64,000 nt of DNA, from assembly GCA_903813345.2 (NCBI GenBank), contig CAIIXF020000001.1:14136001-14200000 (forward strand). Reading direction: 5' to 3'. Positions within the stretch are counted from its first letter, which is position 1. Every line of letters begins with the position of its first letter. The DNA is from Owenia fusiformis (taxonomy: Eukaryota). Shown here one piece after another: positions 24,506-36,500 of the stretch. The notes beneath the pieces are model-generated. The model searched no databases, was not told where the DNA came from, and worked only from the letters and a program-made list of their open reading frames with translations. The translations under genes were made by a program, and so were the position numbers.

Positions 24506-27500
24506 CTATGGTTGCATGGCACACAGAACTTGTGCAGCTTCCAAGGCTTCTTTATCATTAGTTCCTTTCTCTTCATTATTAACCTCCATAACAACTACAT
24601 TTTGACCACATGATTTTTCAACTAACATCGTCTCACCACTGTCATTTTCAACTAATACATATTCTGTATTAGTGACATTATCTATATTAGATTGTGTCCA
24701 ATCAGAGTTTTCATTCTCCTCAACTTGTACATGTCCATCAATGATAACTGTCCCATCCTCTTGGACATGTACTTCATTTGTGGCAATGGGGTCTGCTTGA
24801 GCACCAGCTGCTTGGTTAGGGTCTTGAACATATTGGTCCTCCTGGAAAAATCAAAAAAATCAGTTTCAAGGTTGAGCATTTTTTCAAAATTTTGATCATT
24901 GTATGTCAAAGATGACATTTTAGAGTCTCTACGGCATTTGAAGAGGCCTACTGATTTCCAATTGAGGATAAATGGGGGGGGGGGGTTGAAAGCAATCACG
25001 GTTAAATGAATTCCTCCCACTGAAAACATAAATCCACTGTGAATAACCCAAATGCCAGTAGGTAGGTAGGTAGTTACCAGTTTCACTCATTCGGGTCAAT
25101 TAACATGGCAGATTTAGAAGAGAGTTCCCATGAACTTGATCAGTTTTCAGTTTCCACTATAAGAAAATATTACATTTTCATAAAAACAATTAAACCACAT
25201 TTCTAGACATAATTTTACATGTAGATTTCAAATATGATATCACTTTGAAGAAATTTTGTAAATCGAGATTATTATCGAGATTATTTCTACTTGCATCTAG
25301 TATATTCCTTGATGCGTTTCAACCTGTACTGTTTTTTCACAAAATAAATATTCTATTCTTCTACAGTGAATAAGACTAAAAATGATGATGAATCATACCA
25401 TGACAGGTACATCAAAACTGATGAAGCCCCCAGTCTGAACAAGCTGGACACGTTCTTTAACCAGTTGAGACCATTCCTCCATATCGAGTGCTCCAGGCAT
25501 GGTAAGTCCCATCTCTTCTTCCTCACAAACAGTCACACCTAAAATAAGATTAACCATCTAGTTTTTCAAATGGAAAATTTATATTGCTTCTAAATAACAG
25601 TAAATCATTAAGGGGAATCCCCATATCCAGTCTACGTTATGTCACCACCATTTGTTACAGACACGAACTGTCAATCGCCGACACAAAAAATGAAGACCAC
25701 GACAAGTCACCACTTTTTGGTGGTGACATAACAAGCCTAAAAACCTGGGGATCCATTTGTGTGTTATGTGTTTGTATAAATATGTGTATATGGGGAGAGA
25801 TACAATGTATTGCAAGAGTACAGCCAAGTTACACACTGATGATTTGTGAGAGTTGGAGACTTACCAGTTCTCTCTTTAACCTGCTTAACTATGCCATCCA
25901 GTTTCTCAGCATAATGCACACTCTTCTCCTCCCTGTCCTTCAACTCTGCCTCACTCAGACCTTCACATGCTTGGATATGTTGATCTGGAACACCAGGATA
26001 AACAGGAACTGAGGTGTCATATTCATTATATTCATGCTATTTATATTTTTGTGGAAGTGCACTTGCTATTGTGCAGGAAATAAAAATGTGAAAATAAAGG
26101 ATAACAAGCTGACAACAACATCATACATTTTTTAGGTACTATAAAAACTTTAATAACTCCTGTTGTTTGCGAATGGGCAAGAGGAAACATATATTGTGAT
26201 ACAAGTTTCAATTTCTGACTGAGACAAAATAATTTTCTTATGTTCAAACACTCTACATTGGGTGACACCTAAATTTTGTATATTCTGAAAATACATGTAC
26301 ATCCTTTACTTACCATAAAATAGCACATACTGCATACATTTTGAACAAAACTTCCTCCTCGAGCTGTTGATGTTGTTTGTTCGAGGCTTCACAATGTTCA
26401 TGTGTGATGTAGTCACATGTCTCCACACCAATAGCTTAGTGTAACCCTTATAATTGCAATCTGAAATGTAAATTGAGCTTAAAGGCCACATGGAACATGA
26501 AAACATCTAATCACCCAAATATTACTTCTCAAAAGCATAAAAATACTTTGAGACATTTAAAAATAGTAATGGAGATAAATATCATAATTTAAAGAGCAAG
26601 ATGGCCACTATACTCTAGTAGCTCATGCTGGTTGAGTATGCACTTCTATGTCCAGAGATTTTCTCTTCAGAAATCATCTATGTGAAGGTCATTGATCAAT
26701 TTTGGCTTGGTAACATATTTGCCACTGAAGGCGAAATGGGTCAAATGGCCACGCCCTTTTTTATGCGAATACTCCCCCCCCCATTTTTGTATCTCCGGAA
26801 CCGTTGGACATAGAAGGTTGTGTGACCACTCAAAATGCCCGGAATGGCCACATTATAGGGGGTAAATAATACATATGTATTTAAAAAAGTCAATGGTTCT
26901 CAAGATATTTGCCAAAAACTGATTTTAGCATGTTACGCACAACAGTTTTCATCTATCCTACATCATTTAAGACTGAATCCGCAGCCTCTATCTAGTCAGA
27001 TCAGTGAAGGAAACAAACTTTTTTGGTTGAGTTGGCCAAGAGGTCTTAGGTGAATGGGTACCCTAAACCACGAGGTTGCGAGTTTGAGACACGTGTGCTC
27101 CATATGTTCATTCTTTTATGAATACCATATCTAGTATCTACAAGGAATGCTGATGTATTATGAGTATTGAATATCGATTGAGTTTAATTAGAAACCACGA
27201 GGTTGTGAGTTTGAGACACATGTGCTCCTTGTGTTCATTCTTTAATGACTACTAGTATCTACAACTAGTTATCACTAGTTTTCATGTTATGTGTGGCTAT
27301 CAATTGAGTTTATTTATGCGGATTTCTACACTTTGTGCCTTTACTATATCCATGCCAGTATGGCTATAAAGCGGGTTTACGAAAAACACCGACTGCCGAC
27401 CACCGACCACCGACCAGTCACTCTCCACAGTTGGGTATGTGGTCGGTGGTCGGCTGACGGTCTTTTACATAAAGATGAAAAAATGCAAAATTAGAAGTAA

Positions 27501-30500
27501 AACTAAAACTGGGAATCCAATGACTATAGTACCTTTACTAGGTCGTGATTTAAAAACGTATAATTTATCATTTCAAATCACGATGAAAACGTTACATCGT
27601 CGTGGTGTGTTATGTCATATTTTTAAGTGATGTTTCAGTTGTTAGAAGACCAATTTCATCCTGGTTACCCTACTATCACACCAAACTAGTTCTCACTACG
27701 TTCTCGAAAACGGGCTTAAAATGTGCACGAACGGATTTGACGTACTAAGAACCCACTAAGAACCGTTTGGGATCTGTTTACAAACTTCATGAAACTACTA
27801 GAACGAGTAGGTCCTCCAGCACTTAGAGCATGCTCAACATTTTCTGGTGATCGTCAAAACGTTGCCAAATCGGTTTTAAACTGTGTGCGAACTGAATGAT
27901 TGTAGCTACAATGTTCTACGGTCTGTTTACGAACATCATGGACTTTCCCGGACGGGGTATGTGATTTAGAATTTTGAATCGATTCAAAATTCGATGGCGA
28001 CCATACCGTTCTGTAATCAGGTCATGATGACCTTCTAGACTAAGGGACGGTTTATACTACGTTGCACACCGACGTGGTGCGACCTGAACGAACTGCGAAT
28101 GAGATGGACGTATTGAAGACTGTTTATGAACGAAGTAGCTAATCATTTTAGACATATATCCCGACCGCAGCCAGATTGAGCCCGTTTTACGACATTTCCT
28201 AGGACTGGCAAGAACGGGTAAGAACTAGTTTGGTGTGATAGGGGGGTAAGTCACTTTGGAAAAAAATGCACGTAACATTGCATTAAGTTCATTCATATGA
28301 AACGCAATAACAAAAACACACAAACATCGTCGATGTTGACATCGTAACGTTATGTTTGATTTCTCAGTTGTTAAACGTCAACTGGTAAATCTACATTTGA
28401 TATGACAAAAAAAGCTTTCTAATGGTGTACTGAAATGGTAAGTCACTTTTAATCCCGATAAGAGAACGCATGTAGCATTATATCGTGTTCAGAATTCAGT
28501 AGGCTATGACGATAACAAATCATTTTTGTTTTGAAATTGTTAAATTTCATTAAAAAGAAACGATAGGTTGGTTAATGATAGGTTAGGACCTAAGGCAGGA
28601 CAATTAATCGAGAGGAGACGGTCACGCCCAATTTGTTTGCTTGCCATTCGTTGCAAGGTACAAAATCGGTAAAACGTTGCCTAGTCCAACGATTGACATT
28701 CAAAATCAAATTATTAATATTTTAAGGCTACAAATATGTTCGGTCTTTTACATGATATGGTCGGTCTTTTACACATTTTCTTCAAACCCTGTTTTGAGGC
28801 TACCAGTGGAAAACACCGACCGGTCGGTGGGGTCGGTCTCTTTCGTAAACCCCTATAAAGCAACAGATGATGGTATTACACCTGTAATACTACCAGTTCC
28901 ATGCAGGCCTGATGACCTACCTCCTCCATGCAAATGCCCAACACCCTGCATTAGTTCCAAGACATGCACCTGCAGAGCAATGGACATAAAATGTGTTGTG
29001 TTTTGTGGATGTAGTAAAGGCACAAAGTGTAAAAATCCGCATAAATAAACTCAATTGATAGCCACATTTAACATGAAAACTAGTGATAACTAGTTGTAGA
29101 TACTAGTTCTCATTAAAGAATGAACACAAGGAGCACATGTGTCTCAAACTCACAACCTCGTGGTTTATAATTAAACTCAATCGATATTCAATACTCATAA
29201 TACATCAGCATTCCTTGTAGATACTAGATATGGTACTCATAAAAGAATGAACATACGGAGCACACATGTCTCAAACTCGCAACCTCGTGGTAAGTTTGTT
29301 TCCTTCGCTGATCTGACTAGATAGAGGCTGCGGATTCAGTCTTAAATGATGCAGGATATATGAAAACTGTTGTGCGTAACATGCTAAAATCAGTTTTTGG
29401 CAAATATCTTGAGAACCATTGACTTTTTTAAATACATATGTATTATTGACCCCCTATAATGTGGCCATTCCGGGCATTTTGAGTGGTCACACAACCTTCT
29501 ATGTCCAACGGTTCCGGAGATACAAAAATGGGGGGGGAGTATTCGCATAAAAAAGGGCGTGGCCATTTGACCTATTTCGCCTTCAGTGGCAAATATGTTA
29601 CCAAGCCAAAATTGATCAATGACCTTCACATAGATGATTTCTGAAGAGAAAATCTCTGGACATAGAAGTGCATACTCAACCAGCATGAGCTACTAGAGTA
29701 CTATGTAATTTAGACACAGCTTGCCCAAAAGTTGTCAGATCTTGGCACTTAAAGCCTGCTCTTGCAAGTATTCAAATTGAACAGTAACATGGTTTTCCTT
29801 GACTTTTGATAACAAAATTTATATGGTGCCCATTCACCCACCCAGACACACATATGCTAATCCATCGACACAAGATGACAACAACATAGCACTTTTTCAA
29901 AGTGTGATAATAAAAAAGTTGTTGGTCGATAGCATGAGTGTTAATATAACCTAATTTATCATATAGCATTTTCAACTTTATTTACAAGTTTTGAAACAAT
30001 AGTTTAAAATATTAAAATCATAAGAAATCCCCGGGAATAGTTCTGATAATAATAGTTCTGATATACAGGATTTTGGCTGATATGAGATGCAATACGGGAC
30101 CTGATATGATGAGAATATGAAGGAATATAAAGTTAAATAATGACAAGATTTACCTTCTACAGGGCAAGGAACATTTTTGTAGGTATCTTTGTCATGAGTT
30201 TTTTCATGTTTTGAGACATCTCCCTTGTGCAGGAATAACTTGTCACACAAGGAGCACTGATACTTTGGTGAGCAATGGTACTCATTCTCATGCCTCTTCC
30301 AACCTAAAAAAATTAATCAAAGGAAACAGATTGCAAAACATACGCATATTATAGGCTAAGATGAGGCCCAAGTAAATATTTGCATGTTGTCTGGTAACAT
30401 CATATAGAAACTCCACTGGGTATAGGACAAAGCAGTTATGTACAGCCGTTTTGGATATGGGGTTTATCCCTCGTGAGATACATGTATGCACATCTACCTT

Positions 30501-33500
30501 CAGTCCCCACGGTTCCTCAGGTAGATATGCATTTATCCATCTGGATAAACCTCATATCCAAAACCTCCCAGTACACAACCCTTATTTATTACATATCAAA
30601 TTAAGTCCCTCCCTCTCTTGGAAATGGTAACGAAGCATTTATTGATTTTGTCAAATTACTTTTTATTGAAATGCATTTATGTTGATTCTTATAAGAAAGC
30701 AAAGAGCTTTTGCACCCCTCCCCTAAATGTAATTGGATTGTTATCCATTATATACATTTTTCATTCACAAGTATTTTGTTGTTATCCACACAAATTATGT
30801 ATTTTTTATATTTATTAATTTCACCAAGAATACTGCAGATTTGGGTGGCAGTGCAATAGGATTTTCAGCCACATTATTACTGTACTCAACCAGGCACTGA
30901 ACCCAACTTACTATGTTTAGATACGAAACCCTGGCTGCACACTTTACATTTATATTGCTTGTCTTTGGTGTGAGCCGAGGCCATATGTTCATGGTAGGAG
31001 GCTGTCCTGCTGAATGATTTGCCACAAACGAGACACTTCTGGACTTGGGAGTTCTCATGGATGATGCGGATGTGATTATGAAGAGAGTTCTGGGACTTGA
31101 AGTATTTAGCGCAATTACCACACTGTAACATAGAAATGTTTTACATTAGCTGCACATATTAAGCTAGAATTCTGAATTCACTTCAATCAGTCAATATAAT
31201 ACAAGAATGAAGCATTCGATGAATGGTTCTTGAGATATCATGATGGTAGATAAGTAAGTGTATTATAATCAACCATACCTTTCATGAACATATTTTGATA
31301 ATTTAACTTTAAAAGAGACTATATAGCAGGACTAAACCTACAGTCCTACAATGATTTATTAAATTTCTTTTAGTTGAAAGTGTTTGATGTAAAATATTAC
31401 AGATGATGTATTAATCATTGTCAAAAGAGGCAGATGGACATACACAGAGATGGTAATGATTTCATATTTAATGGAATCATTTTATTTACATATACGAAAG
31501 TTCATCTACCTACCTGGAAGTTTTTCTCCTTGGTATGTACTGAGCCATGTCTCATTACATCATGGGGTTTACCAATGAACATGCATCCCTCCACCTGGCA
31601 AGCCTTCTTAGGGTGACTGGACTTGACATGCTCGACCATCTCTTCTTTCGTCTTGAACACCTGATTGCAAGTCTTACACAAAACAACCTTGTCAGGGTGG
31701 TCACTCAAAACATGGTTTATCAGCTCTGGTCTGAACACAAATTGAACATCACATATTGGGCAGATAAGCTCCTTAAGTTCTTTCCTGTGTATTTTCACAC
31801 ATATCTTTGATGTTTGGGTGATTGGTACATTACTGTCTGTATTTCCAAGCTCTATAGGTCTAGACTCTACTATTATTGTATCATTTTCTACATTTCTTCC
31901 ATCAATTCTTTCCTGTTTAGCTCTGATGTATTCCTCTTGTTTGTTCGTGTTTATGGATTCTATGGCTTGAGATGTTTCAATGTCTACTTTACAAGCAACT
32001 GTTTCTGGAACGTCATTTTCAGTCAACTGTTCAACTGTTTTAATAGCATCAGGCTCATCTGGGGACTTCTCAGGAACCTCAACCTTACATACCACTTTAG
32101 CAGCTTCATCCTGAATTAAACATACGACGTATATATTGAAATTGTAGGAGAGACTATTACAATCTCACAAAAAGTTGGGAAATAGAATGATTCATGGAGT
32201 CAATATTTATATGAAAATACAAGCTTTTGACCCTTAAGCTTGCTCCTGGCATTTTATTTTGGTTTGATGATGCATTTTTATGTACAAAATACTGCAATCA
32301 TTTCCATTATGAACAAAACTAGCATTAAAAATAAAACAATGTTTTAAATATGATTCAAACCTTGCACTTTGTGTTGTCTGTATCATTCTTGCTCTCTAAT
32401 GACTTATGGTATTCATCTATAATTTGCTGTGCTTCTGGTAAAGTGTTAGATTCCCAGGTTCTGCCATCTGGACCAATCACCATAAATCGTGTAGTCTCAT
32501 TTTCTACTTCCACAGTTACTATAACTGGTTCACTGATCTCACCGATAATCTCTGCAAATATTGATATTCAATATAAGTTATTTAATTCTCGACATAGGCT
32601 TATCAGTATTAGGTAGGAATAGTTTTGGCACTCTATGCATATTTGCAATTGCATTCTTCAAATCATGCCACTTTCCTAACTAAATTCATTAAGGATTGTT
32701 ACAATGCTCTCAGTACACATATCATAACTTATAACAGAGCATGCCACATGCCCAAGCCTAAACTTTTTCATATATTCTACCATACCCTGGGCTTATTCAT
32801 TTAAAGAGTTTTATTTTCAAACTTTCTCATAAAAATAATTTGCAGATTTGTCAATTTCCTTGGAAAAATTTGTCAATTTCCTTGGAAAAATCTTTCAATC
32901 CCCACTCTCCATATTTTTTCATCATACTACAGGTGTGAATGTTATGGAAATCCACTTTACTAATTAGAATCAATCCTTATATTATTACTACATTGCATGT
33001 GCATGATGAACCTTCTGGGAAACGTCACGTCATATTACCATTATCTTATAAGACTTGTATAAGTGTTTTGTTATCATAACAGCTATAACTTCCATTTATT
33101 TTGATCTACTGCCTAACCAGAAAAATGGCACCTCCCTGGAGAAGCAAACCCCATTGAACAAGACATATCATATCAAATCACTCCTCATATTGAAATTAGC
33201 ATGATAGAAAGGTTTGCAAAACTTACATCCATGAAGTGGCATGCAATACAAACTGGGCAATTTTATGTTCACGAGACACTGCAGACATTTTGATTTCAGC
33301 AAGTTTGGAGAAAACCTGTTGGGTAGACTAGCTTTACATACAGTTTGCATAAACCATGAAAGAGGCACAAGGCATATATAAGAAGAAAAGGAACAAAAAA
33401 TTGTGGAAATATGTTACTCACACAATCAATCGGACACTGTACAAAGCTTAAATGATCCACCGGTAACCCTCTTTAAAATTACTTTTTGAGCAAATCAGCC

Positions 33501-36500
33501 TCTGGATTTGAACCAAAGCTTGTCAAGTGATATTTGAATTAGCATATGGACAAATCGATGGACGTACTAACTCACAAATGCTGCTCTATTTCCCAAGACT
33601 AAACTTTGTTCAGTTGGTTAATTAACAGGTAAAAGCTTCTTTAATTTCAGCCAAGGAAAACACTTAAAAACAAAGATGATTAATACAACTAGGAAATATC
33701 CTGATGGATATTGAGGAACTAAAGCAAGGCCTGTTTACTACAGCTCAAATCATTGCATCTTGTCTGTTACACATAACAACATGGAATTTGATAGCAGCAC
33801 AGCTCTTATGAATATATCTAGGTATACATGGCAAAATACTGACTACCCTGTTGGATTATTTCTGATGTTACAATCTATATCAGCAAGTCTTGTGATATGT
33901 ATAGTATGCACTAATATCTTAGTGATAATCACGATAGCACAACACAAAAAACTTCACACTCCAACAAATATAGTCGCAGTGAACATTGCACTTGTTGATT
34001 TATTACAAGGACTTATAGCGACACCGATGAGGCTGTTGATGAACTATGAATATGACATTGCAAAAGATATTGTTTATGGTGCTGTGATGAGTAAATATTT
34101 TTGCATAATGCGGTTAGGCTTTTCAACCATCCCATGTGGACTGACGCTTCTTCTGTTTATAGTTATGAGTGTGGACAGATACATAGCTATCATATATCCT
34201 TTTAAATATGACAAAATTAAAATACATTTAGGTAAAGCATGCAGCCTGTGTTGGTTATGCTCAGGTGTTATGTTTGTGAAACCTATCATTGACCTAAGGA
34301 TATGGGACCCCTCTATGATATGTTCAAACTATAGTGACTGGCTACCAAACCATGATGTCATGATGTATATTTGGATAATTGTCAGTGTTTCAATCTCTAC
34401 TGGCCTTCACATTCAAATACAATGGATTGTACATAGACATCACAACAACATCTTCAACCAAATCCAAGCTATAGATCACAATAGTGCTGTTGTATACAAA
34501 AAAGGATTTCGAGTTCTTAAATCCTCCATACTGTTATTTGGATTTTTCATTGGTATGTGGGGCAGCTTTTTACTCTTTCGAGTACTAGGCACTTTGCTTT
34601 TTGGTGGCGACACTGTTGGTCTTAAAATATGGCATAAAGTGATCAACAAAATTACTTTGCTTACATCATTTCTAAATCCTATTATATTTTCTCTCAGACA
34701 AAGAAATTTGAAAAAAGCAATAAGAGCAAATTGCAGAATTAAGTGCAAAGATTAGATTAATTTTCTTTTTGTTCTTTTGAAAACAAAACAAATATACATT
34801 GTGTTATATTTCTGACAAAATTATTTTCATGCTTCAACTGAAAATACTTGTTGATTTAACATGGAAAATAGAGTACTAATTGTCTCCAAGTCAAACTGTT
34901 GTTGAATCTCAAAGATAATTTTGGTCAATATGATTATAAAGTAACATGGTGAGGCTGAACAAAAACTAAAAAGAAAATACACATATACGGAAGTCATAAT
35001 CAATGTTTTAATTTGCAGACTAATGGTAAATACATAAGGGACCAGGTTGATATTTTGATGTTCCTTCTATAGTATAATTAAATACAGTGTATATCATTTC
35101 ATAAAATGTACACAGATAGCTAAAATGTTACTTAACAGTAATTGATTTTTAATTATGTACTGGTTGTTCATCAATTTATTGACCTTGGCCCCTACATTTG
35201 AGTTAACATGTGCAAGTGTACTAAATTACCTGACAGCTTTATGGACTCCTCGTGCACTCCCCCCTCTTCAGATTGTTCAGCTACAGAATTATCCTGTCCA
35301 TCAATTATAGTTTCAGCTTCATGCTGCTCAGTAACAACAGTTGCCTGCTGCTCCTCAACTGAAGCATCACACTGTTGCTCAACCATATTTTCAGAACCAT
35401 CCTGCCCATCAACTAATGCAATAGTTTCAGCTTCGTGTCTCTCATTTGCATGCTGCTCCTCAGTTAAAGTTTCCAGCTGTTCTGCCTCTACACTTTCAAG
35501 CTGTTCTTCTGATACAGTTTCAAGCTGTTCTTCTGATACGGTTTCAGATATTCCTTGTTGTCCCGATTCAAACAGATGGGAACAATTTGCTGCCCCTTAA
35601 AATCAAATATATATATATATAATATATAATACAAATTCAAAGATCAGAGATTAAAAGAAAAGGGTATCATGTAGAATAATCAGGATCTGACAGGTTTACA
35701 TAATGACTTTTTATAAAATGATTTAAGCCCATGATTTTCCAGATTTTGAATAGCCTGAATTCAAAGTCTAGGATACAAGACACTAGAACCTGTAAATATG
35801 TTTCATTGGTTTAAAAAAAAAAGAAGACAAAAGTGGATTGAATTATCCACAAATAATTGCGTCATTTGCTTAAATTTGCTTCACAAATTGCATTATAAAA
35901 CAACCCACCTAGTTGCTAACAATATTATTAGATTTGAACTCCTGAGAACTTGAAGGTGATTTTGAAAAAAAATTGTCCAATTTGAAGCAATTTGAAAAAT
36001 ACCTTTTTGCCCTTTTTTGACAATGAGAAGGTCATTGAAAGTCAAATTTCAAATCTAAAGTCAGATTTGAACTTCTGAGAACTTGTGGATGATTTTTTTT
36101 TAAATTTGGTCAATTTGAACCCTTTTCACATTTTTTTTACCTTGAGAATGTCAAATCTCAAGTCAGATTTGAACTTATTCGAACTTGTAGATAATTTTGA
36201 AAAAAAATTAGTCAATTTGAAGCAAGTTGAAAAATAGCTTTTTTGACCTTGACCAACACAACTGCCAACCGCAGACCATTAACCCCTGTCACAAAAACAG
36301 AGACCATAAAAATATGTCACCACACCACTTTTTGGTGGTGACATAAAAAGTTTGCACAGTATCAGTTAAAATAAAGATATATTTGCAAGGGTTTCCAAGG
36401 TTTAAATGGTCAAAACTCAACCTTGACATTTTGACCTACATTAACACCTAACTTGCTGTTGCCTTAGGATACCACATTTTATTTCATAGCAATTAATAAT

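Larger units (their letters stand above)
26611..29700 (+). mobile_element. Academ-like non-autonomous foldback transposon (~700-740-bp inverted arms, 3-bp TSD CTA) with a C-terminal Cys-rich transposase remnant
   Basis: CTA|TACTCTAGTAGCTC ... GAGCTACTAGAGTA|CTA. Arms 26611-27352 and 29006-29700 are near-identical apart from a ~50-bp indel. After removing the nested MULE, the centre reads PCQYGYKATDDGITPVILPVPCRPDDLPPPCKCPTPCISSKTCTCRAMDIKCVVFCGCSKGTKCKNPHK*, a CXC/Cys8-type finger. Confidence 0.8.

Noticed and set aside
28641-28852. N-terminal part of the 135-aa ORF 28641-29048
   Set aside because: Read-through from the non-coding MULE end; only the portion after the TSD is the Cys-rich remnant.
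26625-29686. Twin ORFs MLVEYALLCPEIF... on opposite strands (26625+ and 29686-)
   Set aside because: They are the two arms of one inverted repeat, show no protein motif and have different ends.
35208-35600. 130-aa Ser/Cys-rich ORF on +
   Set aside because: Antisense shadow of the Glu-rich ZNF exon 35595-35230.
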